A DNA stretch of 47,334 bases. Origin: a virus. Lineage: Duplodnaviria; Caudoviricetes. Position 1 is the first letter of the stretch, and the number at the start of each line of letters is the position of its first letter. The translations under genes and the position numbers were made by a program. Where the stretch lies: positions 1 to 47,334 of IMG/VR virus record IMGVR_UViG_3300043384_000003. One strand, written 5' to 3'. This document shows positions 1 through 8,415 of the stretch, piece after piece. The notes beneath the pieces are model-generated. The model saw nothing but the letters and a program-made list of their open reading frames with translations. It made no database searches and was not told where the DNA came from.

Positions 1-93
1 CGTGGAGGCTACGCGGTCGCGAGCACGTACGATCGGATCGGCATCCGATACACGATCGTGAGCTGTGTCGACCAGAACGGCAACCCGGTCTGA
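1..93 (+). CDS. 3' end of an upstream gene, partial (…RGGYAVASTYDRIGIRYTIVSCVDQNGNPV*), function unknown
   Basis: Frame 1 is open from base 1 to TGA at 91-93 with GC3-rich codons, and is followed directly by a terminator. Confidence 0.55.
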   Translation, partial: RGGYAVASTYDRIGIRYTIVSCVDQNGNPV

Positions 94-108
94 GTCGATC
101 ACTACCAA

Positions 109-146
109 CGAAAGGGCGCCTTCTCTACGGGGAAGGCGCCCTTTCG
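109..146. terminator. Intrinsic terminator hairpin, possibly bidirectional
   Basis: cgaaagggcgccttc / gaaggcgccctttcg perfect inverted repeat with a C(UACG)G tetraloop. Confidence 0.8.
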
Positions 147-147
147 C

Positions 148-165
148 TGTACGCTGCCGACCATG
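148..165 (+). promoter_or_regulatory. Putative leaderless promoter of the head operon
   Basis: TACGCT -10 hexamer lies 7 nt before the ATG at 163, with no Shine-Dalgarno. Confidence 0.5.
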
Positions 166-537
166 AGTCCGAACGTGGCGGCAGTGCTCCTGATCATCCT
201 GACGTGTCTCGCGACGCACCGCGTAACGCGGCTGTTCACGCGGGACCATCTCCCGCTGATCGCGGTTCCGCGTGAGCGGATCATCCTTTGGCTGGACCCG
301 CCTGTAAAGCGGGACGGTGAGATGATCGATCCGCCCCCGAAGCGCCCCCTGGGTGTCTTCGGCTGGTCGATCGCGTTCCTTCTGGAGTGCGATTGGTGCA
401 TGTCCGTCTGGGTGGCCGGTGCATTGGTAGCAAGTGAGGTCTACGCGTTCCACCTCCCGGTGCCGTACCCGCTTCTTCTCTGGCCCGTCGCCTCCACCAT
501 CACCGGTTTGGTAGCAAACACCGAGCCTGACGAGTAA
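163..537 (+). CDS. DUF1360-like small membrane protein
   Basis: Hydrophobic segments, 'THRVTRLFTRD' and 'CDWCMSVW' (CxWCxSVW) motifs; lies just upstream of portal. Confidence 0.7.
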   Translation: MSPNVAAVLLIILTCLATHRVTRLFTRDHLPLIAVPRERIILWLDPPVKRDGEMIDPPPKRPLGVFGWSIAFLLECDWCMSVWVAGALVASEVYAFHLPVPYPLLLWPVASTITGLVANTEPDE

Positions 538-564
538 CCAGCCACTACCAACGGGGGAAACACC

Positions 565-2181
565 ATGGCGGACCGTCGCCACAGCACGGAGCTTGTTATC
601 CGTCCGCGCAGGTCAGACATGATCTCCATGCGTGATCGTCGGCGCGAGATCGTGACGCGCGATGACGGACGACTGGCGATGACGGCTGCCGTTCAGGGTC
701 TCGACACGTACAACGCGCAGACTCTCGTCATCCAGCCAACGGAGTGGCAGCGCGAGGCGTGGGGGTACTACCACTCCATCGGGGAGTTCAACTTCGCCAT
801 TGACTCCTGGCTGTCCAACGCGCTCTCCAGGGTCCGGCTGTACCTCGGTCAGCTCACGCCCGGTAGCGATGAGCCGACACCCGTCACAGAGGGACCGCTG
901 GCCCAGATCGTGGCCAACCTCGCCGGAGGCATCGCAGGCCAGGCGCAGATGATGAAGCGCCTGGCGGTACAGCTGTCCGTGCCCGGCGACTCCTACGTGG
1001 TCCACGAAGACCTGCCCAACCCGGTCAACTCCTACCCTGGGCAGTTCCCGGACGTCCGTACCTTCCGGACGTACTCCAATTCGGAGATCCGGATCACGGG
1101 GCGGTCACCCGTCCTCCGCTACCAGGTCAACCCGGAGCGCGCCATCTGGCGCCCTCTGGCGGATGAGAGCCTGGTCTCCCGCGTGTGGTGGCCGGACGCT
1201 GAGTTCCAGTGGCGCGCGACATCTCCGTCAGAGGCAGCGCTGCCGATCCTGCGTGAGATCGACATGTATAACCGCTACATCATCGCCATGCTGCTGTCCC
1301 GCGTGGCGTCCAATGGCCTGCTCCTGATCCCGGATGAGATCACGCTGCCCTCCAAGCCGCAGTTCAAGGACGCGGCGGACCCGTTCATGGCCGAGCTGAT
1401 CGAAATCGGATCACGCGGCGTGAAGAACCCGGGGAGCGCCAGCGCGGCCTTCCCGATGCCGGTCAAGGTGAAGGGTGAATGGATCAAGGAGATTCGGCAC
1501 CTGACCTTCGCCACGGACATCAGTGAGCACATCGTGGAGCACCGCGACCGCGCGCTAGTCCGGCTGGCCAACACGTGCAACATGCCGGCTGGCGTGATGA
1601 ACGGCTCCCAGGATTCCAACCACTGGAGCGCGTGGCAGGCGAGCGAGGACAGCGTCAAGATCCATATGGCGCCCATCTGTGAGACCATCGTGGAAGCGCT
1701 CACGGACACGTATCTGGCGCCCATGGCCGCAGCTGCCGGAATCCCGCTGATCGCGCAGGACGGAAGCACGTACCTGATCTGGTACGACACCAGCGCGCTG
1801 GTTCAGCAGCCGGACCGCTCCGGCGAAGCCAAGGACGCGCACGACCGACTCACCATCTCGGACGCGGCGTACCTGCGGGAGATCGGCCTGGACGCGGCGG
1901 ACGCACCGACCACGAAGGAGCTTCGCGACCAGGCGCTCCGGCTGATTGTCTCCAAGGGCGGACCGGACTCCCTCGCGGCGCTCAGCGTGCTGGTGGGCGA
2001 TCCTTCCATCGCGCTGATCCCGCAGCGGGTGACCGTTACGGACCCGACCACCACGCCCCCGGACCAGCTGGGCGACCCCAACGCTCCGCCGGAGCCGGCC
2101 GGTCCCACTAACGTGCCGAAGGGCGCGCCTCCGGCTGGAGAGCAGGCACCACCGGCCCCGAACGGCCCTCCGACGTCATGA
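565..2181 (+). CDS. Portal protein
   Basis: 538 aa; 'WQREAWGYY', 'LSVPGDSY', 'NHWSAWQ' motifs typical of actinophage portals; Pro-rich C-terminus; synteny. Confidence 0.85.
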   Translation: MADRRHSTELVIRPRRSDMISMRDRRREIVTRDDGRLAMTAAVQGLDTYNAQTLVIQPTEWQREAWGYYHSIGEFNFAIDSWLSNALSRVRLYLGQLTPGSDEPTPVTEGPLAQIVANLAGGIAGQAQMMKRLAVQLSVPGDSYVVHEDLPNPVNSYPGQFPDVRTFRTYSNSEIRITGRSPVLRYQVNPERAIWRPLADESLVSRVWWPDAEFQWRATSPSEAALPILREIDMYNRYIIAMLLSRVASNGLLLIPDEITLPSKPQFKDAADPFMAELIEIGSRGVKNPGSASAAFPMPVKVKGEWIKEIRHLTFATDISEHIVEHRDRALVRLANTCNMPAGVMNGSQDSNHWSAWQASEDSVKIHMAPICETIVEALTDTYLAPMAAAAGIPLIAQDGSTYLIWYDTSALVQQPDRSGEAKDAHDRLTISDAAYLREIGLDAADAPTTKELRDQALRLIVSKGGPDSLAALSVLVGDPSIALIPQRVTVTDPTTTPPDQLGDPNAPPEPAGPTNVPKGAPPAGEQAPPAPNGPPTS

Positions 2182-5100
2182 CAAAGCTGCGTGTATCGGG
2201 GCACACGCTGGCGGAGCAGGAAGTCCTGGCCGAGAAGTTCACGGCCATGGTTACCGATGAGCTGACGCGAGTCCTGGAGATGTTTAAGGCGCTGGTCAAG
2301 TACCAGGGCCTCACAGCTGCGGGCATCCCGACCACGCCGGAGGAAGTGTTCGCACACTGGTCCGCGACGTCCGAAGGGGTCTTGGCGGACTTCACCAGGG
2401 ACGTTTACACGTCCGGGTCAAACGCCATCGCCCAGAAGGTGGCGGCCAGCCACCTAGTGCCCATGGGCTCCGGCGTGCCTGGGCTCCCGGCCAGTTACAG
2501 CGCGTCCTACGTCGCCAAGGCCACAAACAAGATGAAGAACATGGCTCCGGCCATGTGGCAGAACATCCAGTCAGAGCTGGTCATCGGCACGGCCAAGGGC
2601 GAAAGCATCGATAAGCTGGCGGACCGCGTAGCGCACGCGGGCTCCGTCTCCATCTCGCGCGCCGAGCTGACCGCACGAACCGAAGTCGTCGGCGCGAGCA
2701 ACTACGGGTCATATGACCAGGCGTCGCTTCTCGGTGGTGACGAAGGCGTATCGAAGCAGTGGCTAGCCACGGAGGACATGCGGACGCGGCCGGATCACCG
2801 GCTCGCGGATGGACAGATCGTCCCGCTTCACTCCACGTTCAGCGTGGGCGGGTACTCCATGCTTCACCCTGGAGACTTCACGGCTCCGGCCAGCGAGGTA
2901 TGCAACTGCCGGTGCACGATCGTCTACGTATTTGACGACACGATGGCGCCCGCGCTCTGCCCAGGGGGTGGCAGCGATTGCGTCACGGACCCGGACAAGC
3001 TCCCGGCAGCTCCCGCGCCTCCGGCGCTTGCCCCTGGGTCACACGCTCCGGCTGCGCGCGTCCCAGCGGCTCCTGGTCCGACTGCGCTGCCCCCGGCGTT
3101 GTCCCGCGATGAGCTGGTGAAGGTCTACCAGGGCGTACCGGACAGCGTGCTGAATGACGTCTATGACCACGTCCGGACATCGATCGAAGACTATGACGAC
3201 GACCTAGCGACCGCTATAGGCGGGGCATTCAACCTGTTTGAGAAGTCGCCCGGCGCGGCCAAGTTGTTCACGCTCTCTGACTCCGAGATCGGCCAAGTTC
3301 TCAAGATCTACGCCGATAACAGCAGTCTGGACGTCGGATGGCTGGATGACGTCCTGGGCAAGGTGGCGACGCCTGCGCCAGTGCCCGCTGCCTCCGTGGC
3401 GCCCGGCATCATGGACGTTCGCGGGCTCTCCGTCATCTCGCGGCCGGACACCGTGAACCTGGTCGACTCCGGGACCCTGGGCGGCACGCACGGCGCGAAG
3501 CTCCTTACGGACGCAAAGACCGGTGAGAAGTGGGTTTTCAAGCCGTACGCGTCAGCTGATGAGGAGTTCGGCGCCAAGCTGGACGTCTCCATGGCTCGGC
3601 TTCAGTCGCGCGTGGGCCTGCCTCAGCCGTCCACGTACACGGTTCGGTACAACGGGCATTACGGGTCACTCCAGTCCATGCATGACGCAGTGGACGCGTT
3701 CCCGGGTGGCACGTTCGATCCGCTGAAGCTCAGTTCCTCCGATGTCCTGGACATCCAGCAGGAGCAGGTCTTTGACTGGCTGATCTCAAACAACGACGCG
3801 CACTCAGGCAACTTCCTGCGCATGTCCAATGGCCACATCGTGGGCATCGACAAGGGCCAGGCGTACAAGTACCTCAGCCAGGACACCAGCCTTGACTGGA
3901 AGACGTCGCTCCACGCCCCGCTGCCCCCGAACAAGCCGGTTTATAAGACGCTCTGGCAGGCGTACGCCGATGGTAAGAGCGTGCCCTTGGTCGATCCCTC
4001 CAGCGGTCCGCTGAGTGACCTCATCGCTCGCGTGATGGGCGTGTCAGACGATGAGCTGAAGAAGCTGCTCCGGCCGTACGCGGAGGAAGCGCTGAAGGCT
4101 GGAAAGCTCGCTTACGGCGATCTTGACAAGTTCTATGAAGCGGCGCTCAAGCGGAAGAACGACCTGGCCAAGGACTTCCAGGCGATGTACGACCGTGCGA
4201 ACGCGGAGCGTGCAACGCACTTCGCTGCCGGAGTGGGGGTACCTCCCACCCCGGCCACGTTCGTTCCGTCCGCCACAGGCCATCTGACGACGCTGCCCAC
4301 ATCGGTCACATCGTACGTAAAGAGCCAAATCTATAACGGGCTGGACTGGAAGGCGCTGGACAGCGGCAAGGGCGAGGATCTGTGGAAGGCGTTCCAGAGC
4401 GTCAAGGACGTCAACGCGGACGCGGCTGGGCTGACTGACCTCCAGATGGCTCGAATCGTCGATGACGTCAACGGATCTGTTAACGCGGCGCAGGCTGCTG
4501 TCCAGGACTACCTGAACAGTCCGGCCGGCAAGAAGGCTGTGGACGATCTCGCAAAGTCCAAGGTGACGCCGGCTACTCCGCCAGCGGCCGGTGGAACCGC
4601 GACCGTGCCGAGCTTCGGCGCGGATGGCGATATCTCCGGCATCGCTCCGGACGCCAAGCTCAAGATCAAGGGCATCACGCTCTCTGACTCCACGATCACC
4701 AGCCCCAATAAGGCCATCTGGGACACGGTCCTCCACATCCAGAACACGTGGGCCGGAGACACGCTGAACGCTCTCCAGGTGCTCCGCACCATGGATGAGC
4801 AGTTCGCGGCGTACTGGGGTCAGCCCAATGCGCACTGGTACGAAACCAAGATGCTGAAGTGGGCGAAGACCAAGCCCGGCAAGGACTACATCTCCACGGC
4901 GGGGTACACGCCGAAGTGGGGCAGCATCGGCAAGATCAAGAAGCCTTCCAGCTTCGCGCCTCCGGGGACTCCGAAGGCGGCAAAGGTCGCCCTGGGCAAG
5001 CCGACGCCGGAGCTGGACAGCCTGCCAAAGCTGACGTGGAACCTCCAGTCCTCCACGACGTTCGATGAGATCAGCAACTCTGAGGCGCTGACCTTGCAGA

Positions 5101-5594
5101 ACGCATCGGCGCCCTGGACCGCTGCGGAACAGCGTGGTTTGTACGTCTATTCCGATTCGTACTACCTGGACATCAACCCCTGGCTTCGCGGAACGAATCC
5201 GCACATCACGGAGTCGCTGAAGAAGTCGGCGCGAGACGCGCAGAAGGGCATGCGTCCGAGCACGCGGCCCATGACGCTCTGGCGCGGCACCACAGCCAAG
5301 CAGTTCGGACTGGGCGACAACGCGACCGCTGCGGACCTCAAGAAGCTCATCGGCAAGAAGATGCAGGATGAAGGTTTCTTCTCCACGAGCGTTGGTAGCA
5401 GCGCGGCCTTCTCCTATAAGCCTGTATTGATTCAGGTGGAAGCTCCTACGGGCTCGCAGATGGCTTTCATCGACCACATCAGCGCGAACCAGGGCGAAAA
5501 CGAAATGCTGCTAGCAGCAGGCACCAAATATGAAGTTTTGGACGTATACGAAAAGGGACGTCAAACCGTCGTGCGAGTGAGGATCATCCGATGA
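2178..5594 (+). CDS. MuF-like minor head protein fused to a PI3/PI4K/HipA-like kinase domain and a C-terminal ADP-ribosyltransferase
   Basis: MuF: 'ARTEVVGASN', 'KQWLATEDMRTRPDH', 'NCRC'. Kinase: 'LGGTHG', 'WVFKP', 'DWLISNNDAHSGNF', 'IDKG'. ART: 'LWRG', 'FSTS', 'GENEMLL' (R-S-ExE). Confidence 0.85.
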   Translation: MTKLRVSGHTLAEQEVLAEKFTAMVTDELTRVLEMFKALVKYQGLTAAGIPTTPEEVFAHWSATSEGVLADFTRDVYTSGSNAIAQKVAASHLVPMGSGVPGLPASYSASYVAKATNKMKNMAPAMWQNIQSELVIGTAKGESIDKLADRVAHAGSVSISRAELTARTEVVGASNYGSYDQASLLGGDEGVSKQWLATEDMRTRPDHRLADGQIVPLHSTFSVGGYSMLHPGDFTAPASEVCNCRCTIVYVFDDTMAPALCPGGGSDCVTDPDKLPAAPAPPALAPGSHAPAARVPAAPGPTALPPALSRDELVKVYQGVPDSVLNDVYDHVRTSIEDYDDDLATAIGGAFNLFEKSPGAAKLFTLSDSEIGQVLKIYADNSSLDVGWLDDVLGKVATPAPVPAASVAPGIMDVRGLSVISRPDTVNLVDSGTLGGTHGAKLLTDAKTGEKWVFKPYASADEEFGAKLDVSMARLQSRVGLPQPSTYTVRYNGHYGSLQSMHDAVDAFPGGTFDPLKLSSSDVLDIQQEQVFDWLISNNDAHSGNFLRMSNGHIVGIDKGQAYKYLSQDTSLDWKTSLHAPLPPNKPVYKTLWQAYADGKSVPLVDPSSGPLSDLIARVMGVSDDELKKLLRPYAEEALKAGKLAYGDLDKFYEAALKRKNDLAKDFQAMYDRANAERATHFAAGVGVPPTPATFVPSATGHLTTLPTSVTSYVKSQIYNGLDWKALDSGKGEDLWKAFQSVKDVNADAAGLTDLQMARIVDDVNGSVNAAQAAVQDYLNSPAGKKAVDDLAKSKVTPATPPAAGGTATVPSFGADGDISGIAPDAKLKIKGITLSDSTITSPNKAIWDTVLHIQNTWAGDTLNALQVLRTMDEQFAAYWGQPNAHWYETKMLKWAKTKPGKDYISTAGYTPKWGSIGKIKKPSSFAPPGTPKAAKVALGKPTPELDSLPKLTWNLQSSTTFDEISNSEALTLQNASAPWTAAEQRGLYVYSDSYYLDINPWLRGTNPHITESLKKSARDAQKGMRPSTRPMTLWRGTTAKQFGLGDNATAADLKKLIGKKMQDEGFFSTSVGSSAAFSYKPVLIQVEAPTGSQMAFIDHISANQGENEMLLAAGTKYEVLDVYEKGRQTVVRVRIIR

Positions 5595-8098
5595 CACGGC
5601 CAACAGGAAAGCTCACGGCGCTGACTGATGACAGCAACGTTCAGCTTCACGTGATCGAAGACGAGGAGACCGTCAACGCGTACGGGCTCCTTCTCGGCGC
5701 GCGTCCGGGCGGACTGGTCGCGGCCACGCCAGCGCCCGTGACTGCGCCTCCGGCGACGGAAGACGATGAGCCGGACGGAGACGACGACAGCGACTCTGAC
5801 GTCATGGCAGAGAAGTCCGGCGCGATGATCGCGCTGGTGCCGAGCCCGGACGACATCGCGCGGCTGGCCATCCCAGGGGGTGAGGCTCCGGAGGAACTTC
5901 ACCTGACCCTGTTCTATCTGGGCGATGCCGCGCAGTACGACAGCGCGGCGCGTCAGGCGATCGTGGCTGGCGTTACGGAGATCGTGCTGGGACAGCCTGC
6001 CCTCCAGGTGACCGGCTTCGGCGCGGCGCTCTGGAACCCCCTGGGTGCGGAGCCGGCTGTGGTCCTCAACGTGGAGGGCACGGATGGACTCATGTCCGCC
6101 CGGTGGGCTGTGGAGAGCGCGCTCTACGGCGCGACGTGGGACAGCTGCATTCCGGAGCAGCACTCCCCCTGGATTCCGCATGTCTGCCTGGCGTACTCCG
6201 GCGACGTCTCCGCGCTCGCGCAGGCGATTTCACGTGTCGGCCCGATCACCCTGGACCGCGTGCGCGTCGTCTTCGCGGGCGTCGTGGTGGATATCCCGCT
6301 GATCGTCGGTGACCCGGTGGCCATGGCGGGCGAGACTGTCTCGCTGGCGGACGCCGTGGAGGCTCCAGCGGTCTCCGGGGACGGCGGCAGCGACGTCGGG
6401 GGTATCGGTAACACGAACATGCCGCAGACTCCGAACCAGGCCGCTGCGGGACCGACCGGCGCGTTTGAAGGCGTCATGGTCATCGAAGGCATCCCGACCG
6501 GCGATGGCCGCATGTTCGCCCCTGGGTCGCTGGAGTTCGCCCCGACGCCTCAGCCGTTCTCCTGGGCACGGGAGAACTTCGGGGAGCACATGGGTTCCGT
6601 CGTGGTCGGTCGCCTGGACCAGATGTGGCGCGACCCGGCAAACTCGGCGGTCATCCGTGCGCGCGGCACCTTCGATCTCTCCACGGACGAAGGCATGAAG
6701 GCGTACACCAGCGTGGAGAACGGCTTCAACAAGTGGGTAAGTGTCGACGTGGACAGCGTGGGCAACTCTGACGTTGAGCTGATCTTCCCGGAGGGCACAG
6801 ACGAATCTGACATGATGGCAGAGCCGGAGACCGTGATGTTCACGCGCGGTCGCATCCGGGGAGCCACGATGGTGGCCATTTCGGCATTTGAGGAAGCTCA
6901 GATCCACCTGGTCAGCGCGGACGCGGTGCCCATGGCGCCTGAGCCTGCGATGCCGCAGAACGTCCCGATCAACGCTCCGGCAGCCTCCGGCGACGCCGGC
7001 AACGAACTGACGTCGGATGGTGAGTGGCTGTCCAGCCGTCACATGTCCCGGCTGTCTTCGCATCTCACCTGGGACGTGGCGCGCGAGGCGTTCGCCTGGG
7101 CGGACGGTGGGAAGGTGCGCGCGGGCTCCATCAGTCGCCTGGACTGCCGACTCCTCCACCATGAGATCAACGCGGACGGGTCGATCGGGGCGGCCAACCT
7201 GACCGCCTGCGCGGCGGGCGTCGGCGCACTGCTCACCAATACGAACCTGGCCATGAGCCTGTCCGACCGGCGCGCGGCATACGATCACCTTGCCGGACAC
7301 CTGAAGGCAGGAGGGCTGATGCCTCAGACGTTCACCACCAGTGGGCTGGACGCTCCGGTTCAGGCGCTCTACGCGTCCGCCACCGAAGTGCTGGCACCAC
7401 CGGACTACGCGTTTGAAAACCCGAACTTCACCAGCCCGACCCCGATCACGATCACGGCATCGGCGGATGGGGAGTGGCACCTGTTCCAGGGGCACGGAGC
7501 GACCTGGGACGCCTGCCACATCGGCTACCCCGGCGCATGCACCGCTGCGCCCCGCGAAGGCTTCCACGACTTCTACCGGCTGGGTGAGGTCATCACGGCC
7601 AGCGGCGCACGCGTCCCGGTCGGCACGGTCACGATGGCGACCGGCCACGCCCCCACGGTCGGCATCGATCCCCGGCGCGCGGCTGAGCATTACGACAACA
7701 CGGGCTCCATGGTGGCCATCGTCGCCAGCGGCGAGGATGAGTTCGGCATCTGGGTGGCGGGCGTCGTCAAGCCTGGTGTCTCGGCCGGCAAGCTGATGGA
7801 ACTGCGCGCGGCCAAGCTCTCCGGCGACTGGCGGCGCATCGGCGGCATGTTCCGGCTGGTGGCCATGCTCGCGGTCAACGTGCCCGGCTTCCCGGTCCAG
7901 CGGCTCCGTGTCGGTATGCACAATGGTGAGCAGGTCTCACTGGTCGCGGCGGGCCTGATGCCGAGCATGGAAGAACTGCGGGCGCGCGAGAACCAGACGG
8001 CCATCAACACGATGGCTCGGAACCTCGCGGTTCGCGTCGGGCGTGACCCGCAGACGCGTGCGGCGGCGCTCCGGGCGCGGCTTGACGGAAGGGGGTGA
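5591..8098 (+). CDS. Capsid maturation protease with an N-terminal 2H phosphoesterase (2'-5' RNA ligase/Acb1-like) domain
   Basis: 'LHLTLFYLG' and 'WIPHVCLAY' paired His motifs; 'EGIPTGDGRMF', 'VVGRLD', 'VSVDVD' protease-like region; 'WDACHIG…C' C-terminal domain; lies between MuF and capsid. Confidence 0.75.
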   Translation: MTRPTGKLTALTDDSNVQLHVIEDEETVNAYGLLLGARPGGLVAATPAPVTAPPATEDDEPDGDDDSDSDVMAEKSGAMIALVPSPDDIARLAIPGGEAPEELHLTLFYLGDAAQYDSAARQAIVAGVTEIVLGQPALQVTGFGAALWNPLGAEPAVVLNVEGTDGLMSARWAVESALYGATWDSCIPEQHSPWIPHVCLAYSGDVSALAQAISRVGPITLDRVRVVFAGVVVDIPLIVGDPVAMAGETVSLADAVEAPAVSGDGGSDVGGIGNTNMPQTPNQAAAGPTGAFEGVMVIEGIPTGDGRMFAPGSLEFAPTPQPFSWARENFGEHMGSVVVGRLDQMWRDPANSAVIRARGTFDLSTDEGMKAYTSVENGFNKWVSVDVDSVGNSDVELIFPEGTDESDMMAEPETVMFTRGRIRGATMVAISAFEEAQIHLVSADAVPMAPEPAMPQNVPINAPAASGDAGNELTSDGEWLSSRHMSRLSSHLTWDVAREAFAWADGGKVRAGSISRLDCRLLHHEINADGSIGAANLTACAAGVGALLTNTNLAMSLSDRRAAYDHLAGHLKAGGLMPQTFTTSGLDAPVQALYASATEVLAPPDYAFENPNFTSPTPITITASADGEWHLFQGHGATWDACHIGYPGACTAAPREGFHDFYRLGEVITASGARVPVGTVTMATGHAPTVGIDPRRAAEHYDNTGSMVAIVASGEDEFGIWVAGVVKPGVSAGKLMELRAAKLSGDWRRIGGMFRLVAMLAVNVPGFPVQRLRVGMHNGEQVSLVAAGLMPSMEELRARENQTAINTMARNLAVRVGRDPQTRAAALRARLDGRG

Positions 8099-8102
8099 CA
8101 CC

Positions 8103-8252
8103 ATGTGTGGATGTGGCGGATCTGCAACGCGCGAGGTTTGGACCTCAGCGCAGGCACAGGCAGAAGCAGCACGGCGTGAAGCCGCTTCGCTGGACGCGGC
8201 TGAGGCAGCGCGCCAGAGCACGGAGAACGCTCTGGTAAACGCGGGCTCCTGA
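8103..8252 (+). CDS. Small MCGC-starting head-region protein (49 aa)
   Basis: RBS gaagggggt, then MCGCGG…; start moved from 8043 to 8103. Confidence 0.7.
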   Translation: MCGCGGSATREVWTSAQAQAEAARREAASLDAAEAARQSTENALVNAGS

Positions 8253-8264
8253 GCCCCCTGGGAC

Positions 8265-8304
8265 ACGGCCGGTTCCTCCCCCGCCACGGAGGGACCGGCC
8301 GTTT
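8265..8304 (+). terminator. Terminator hairpin upstream of the major capsid gene
   Basis: acggccggttcctcc / ggagggaccggccgt stem followed by a short T run. Confidence 0.65.
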
Positions 8305-8415
8305 CCATGCAAAGGCGTAAGTTTGCGTCGTTACGCTGTACGGACGATCTCTCCACGACTTATCCTCGCGGCAGCGACACCATGTCTTTCCCACAGAGCA
8401 CGGGGGTAATGGGCG

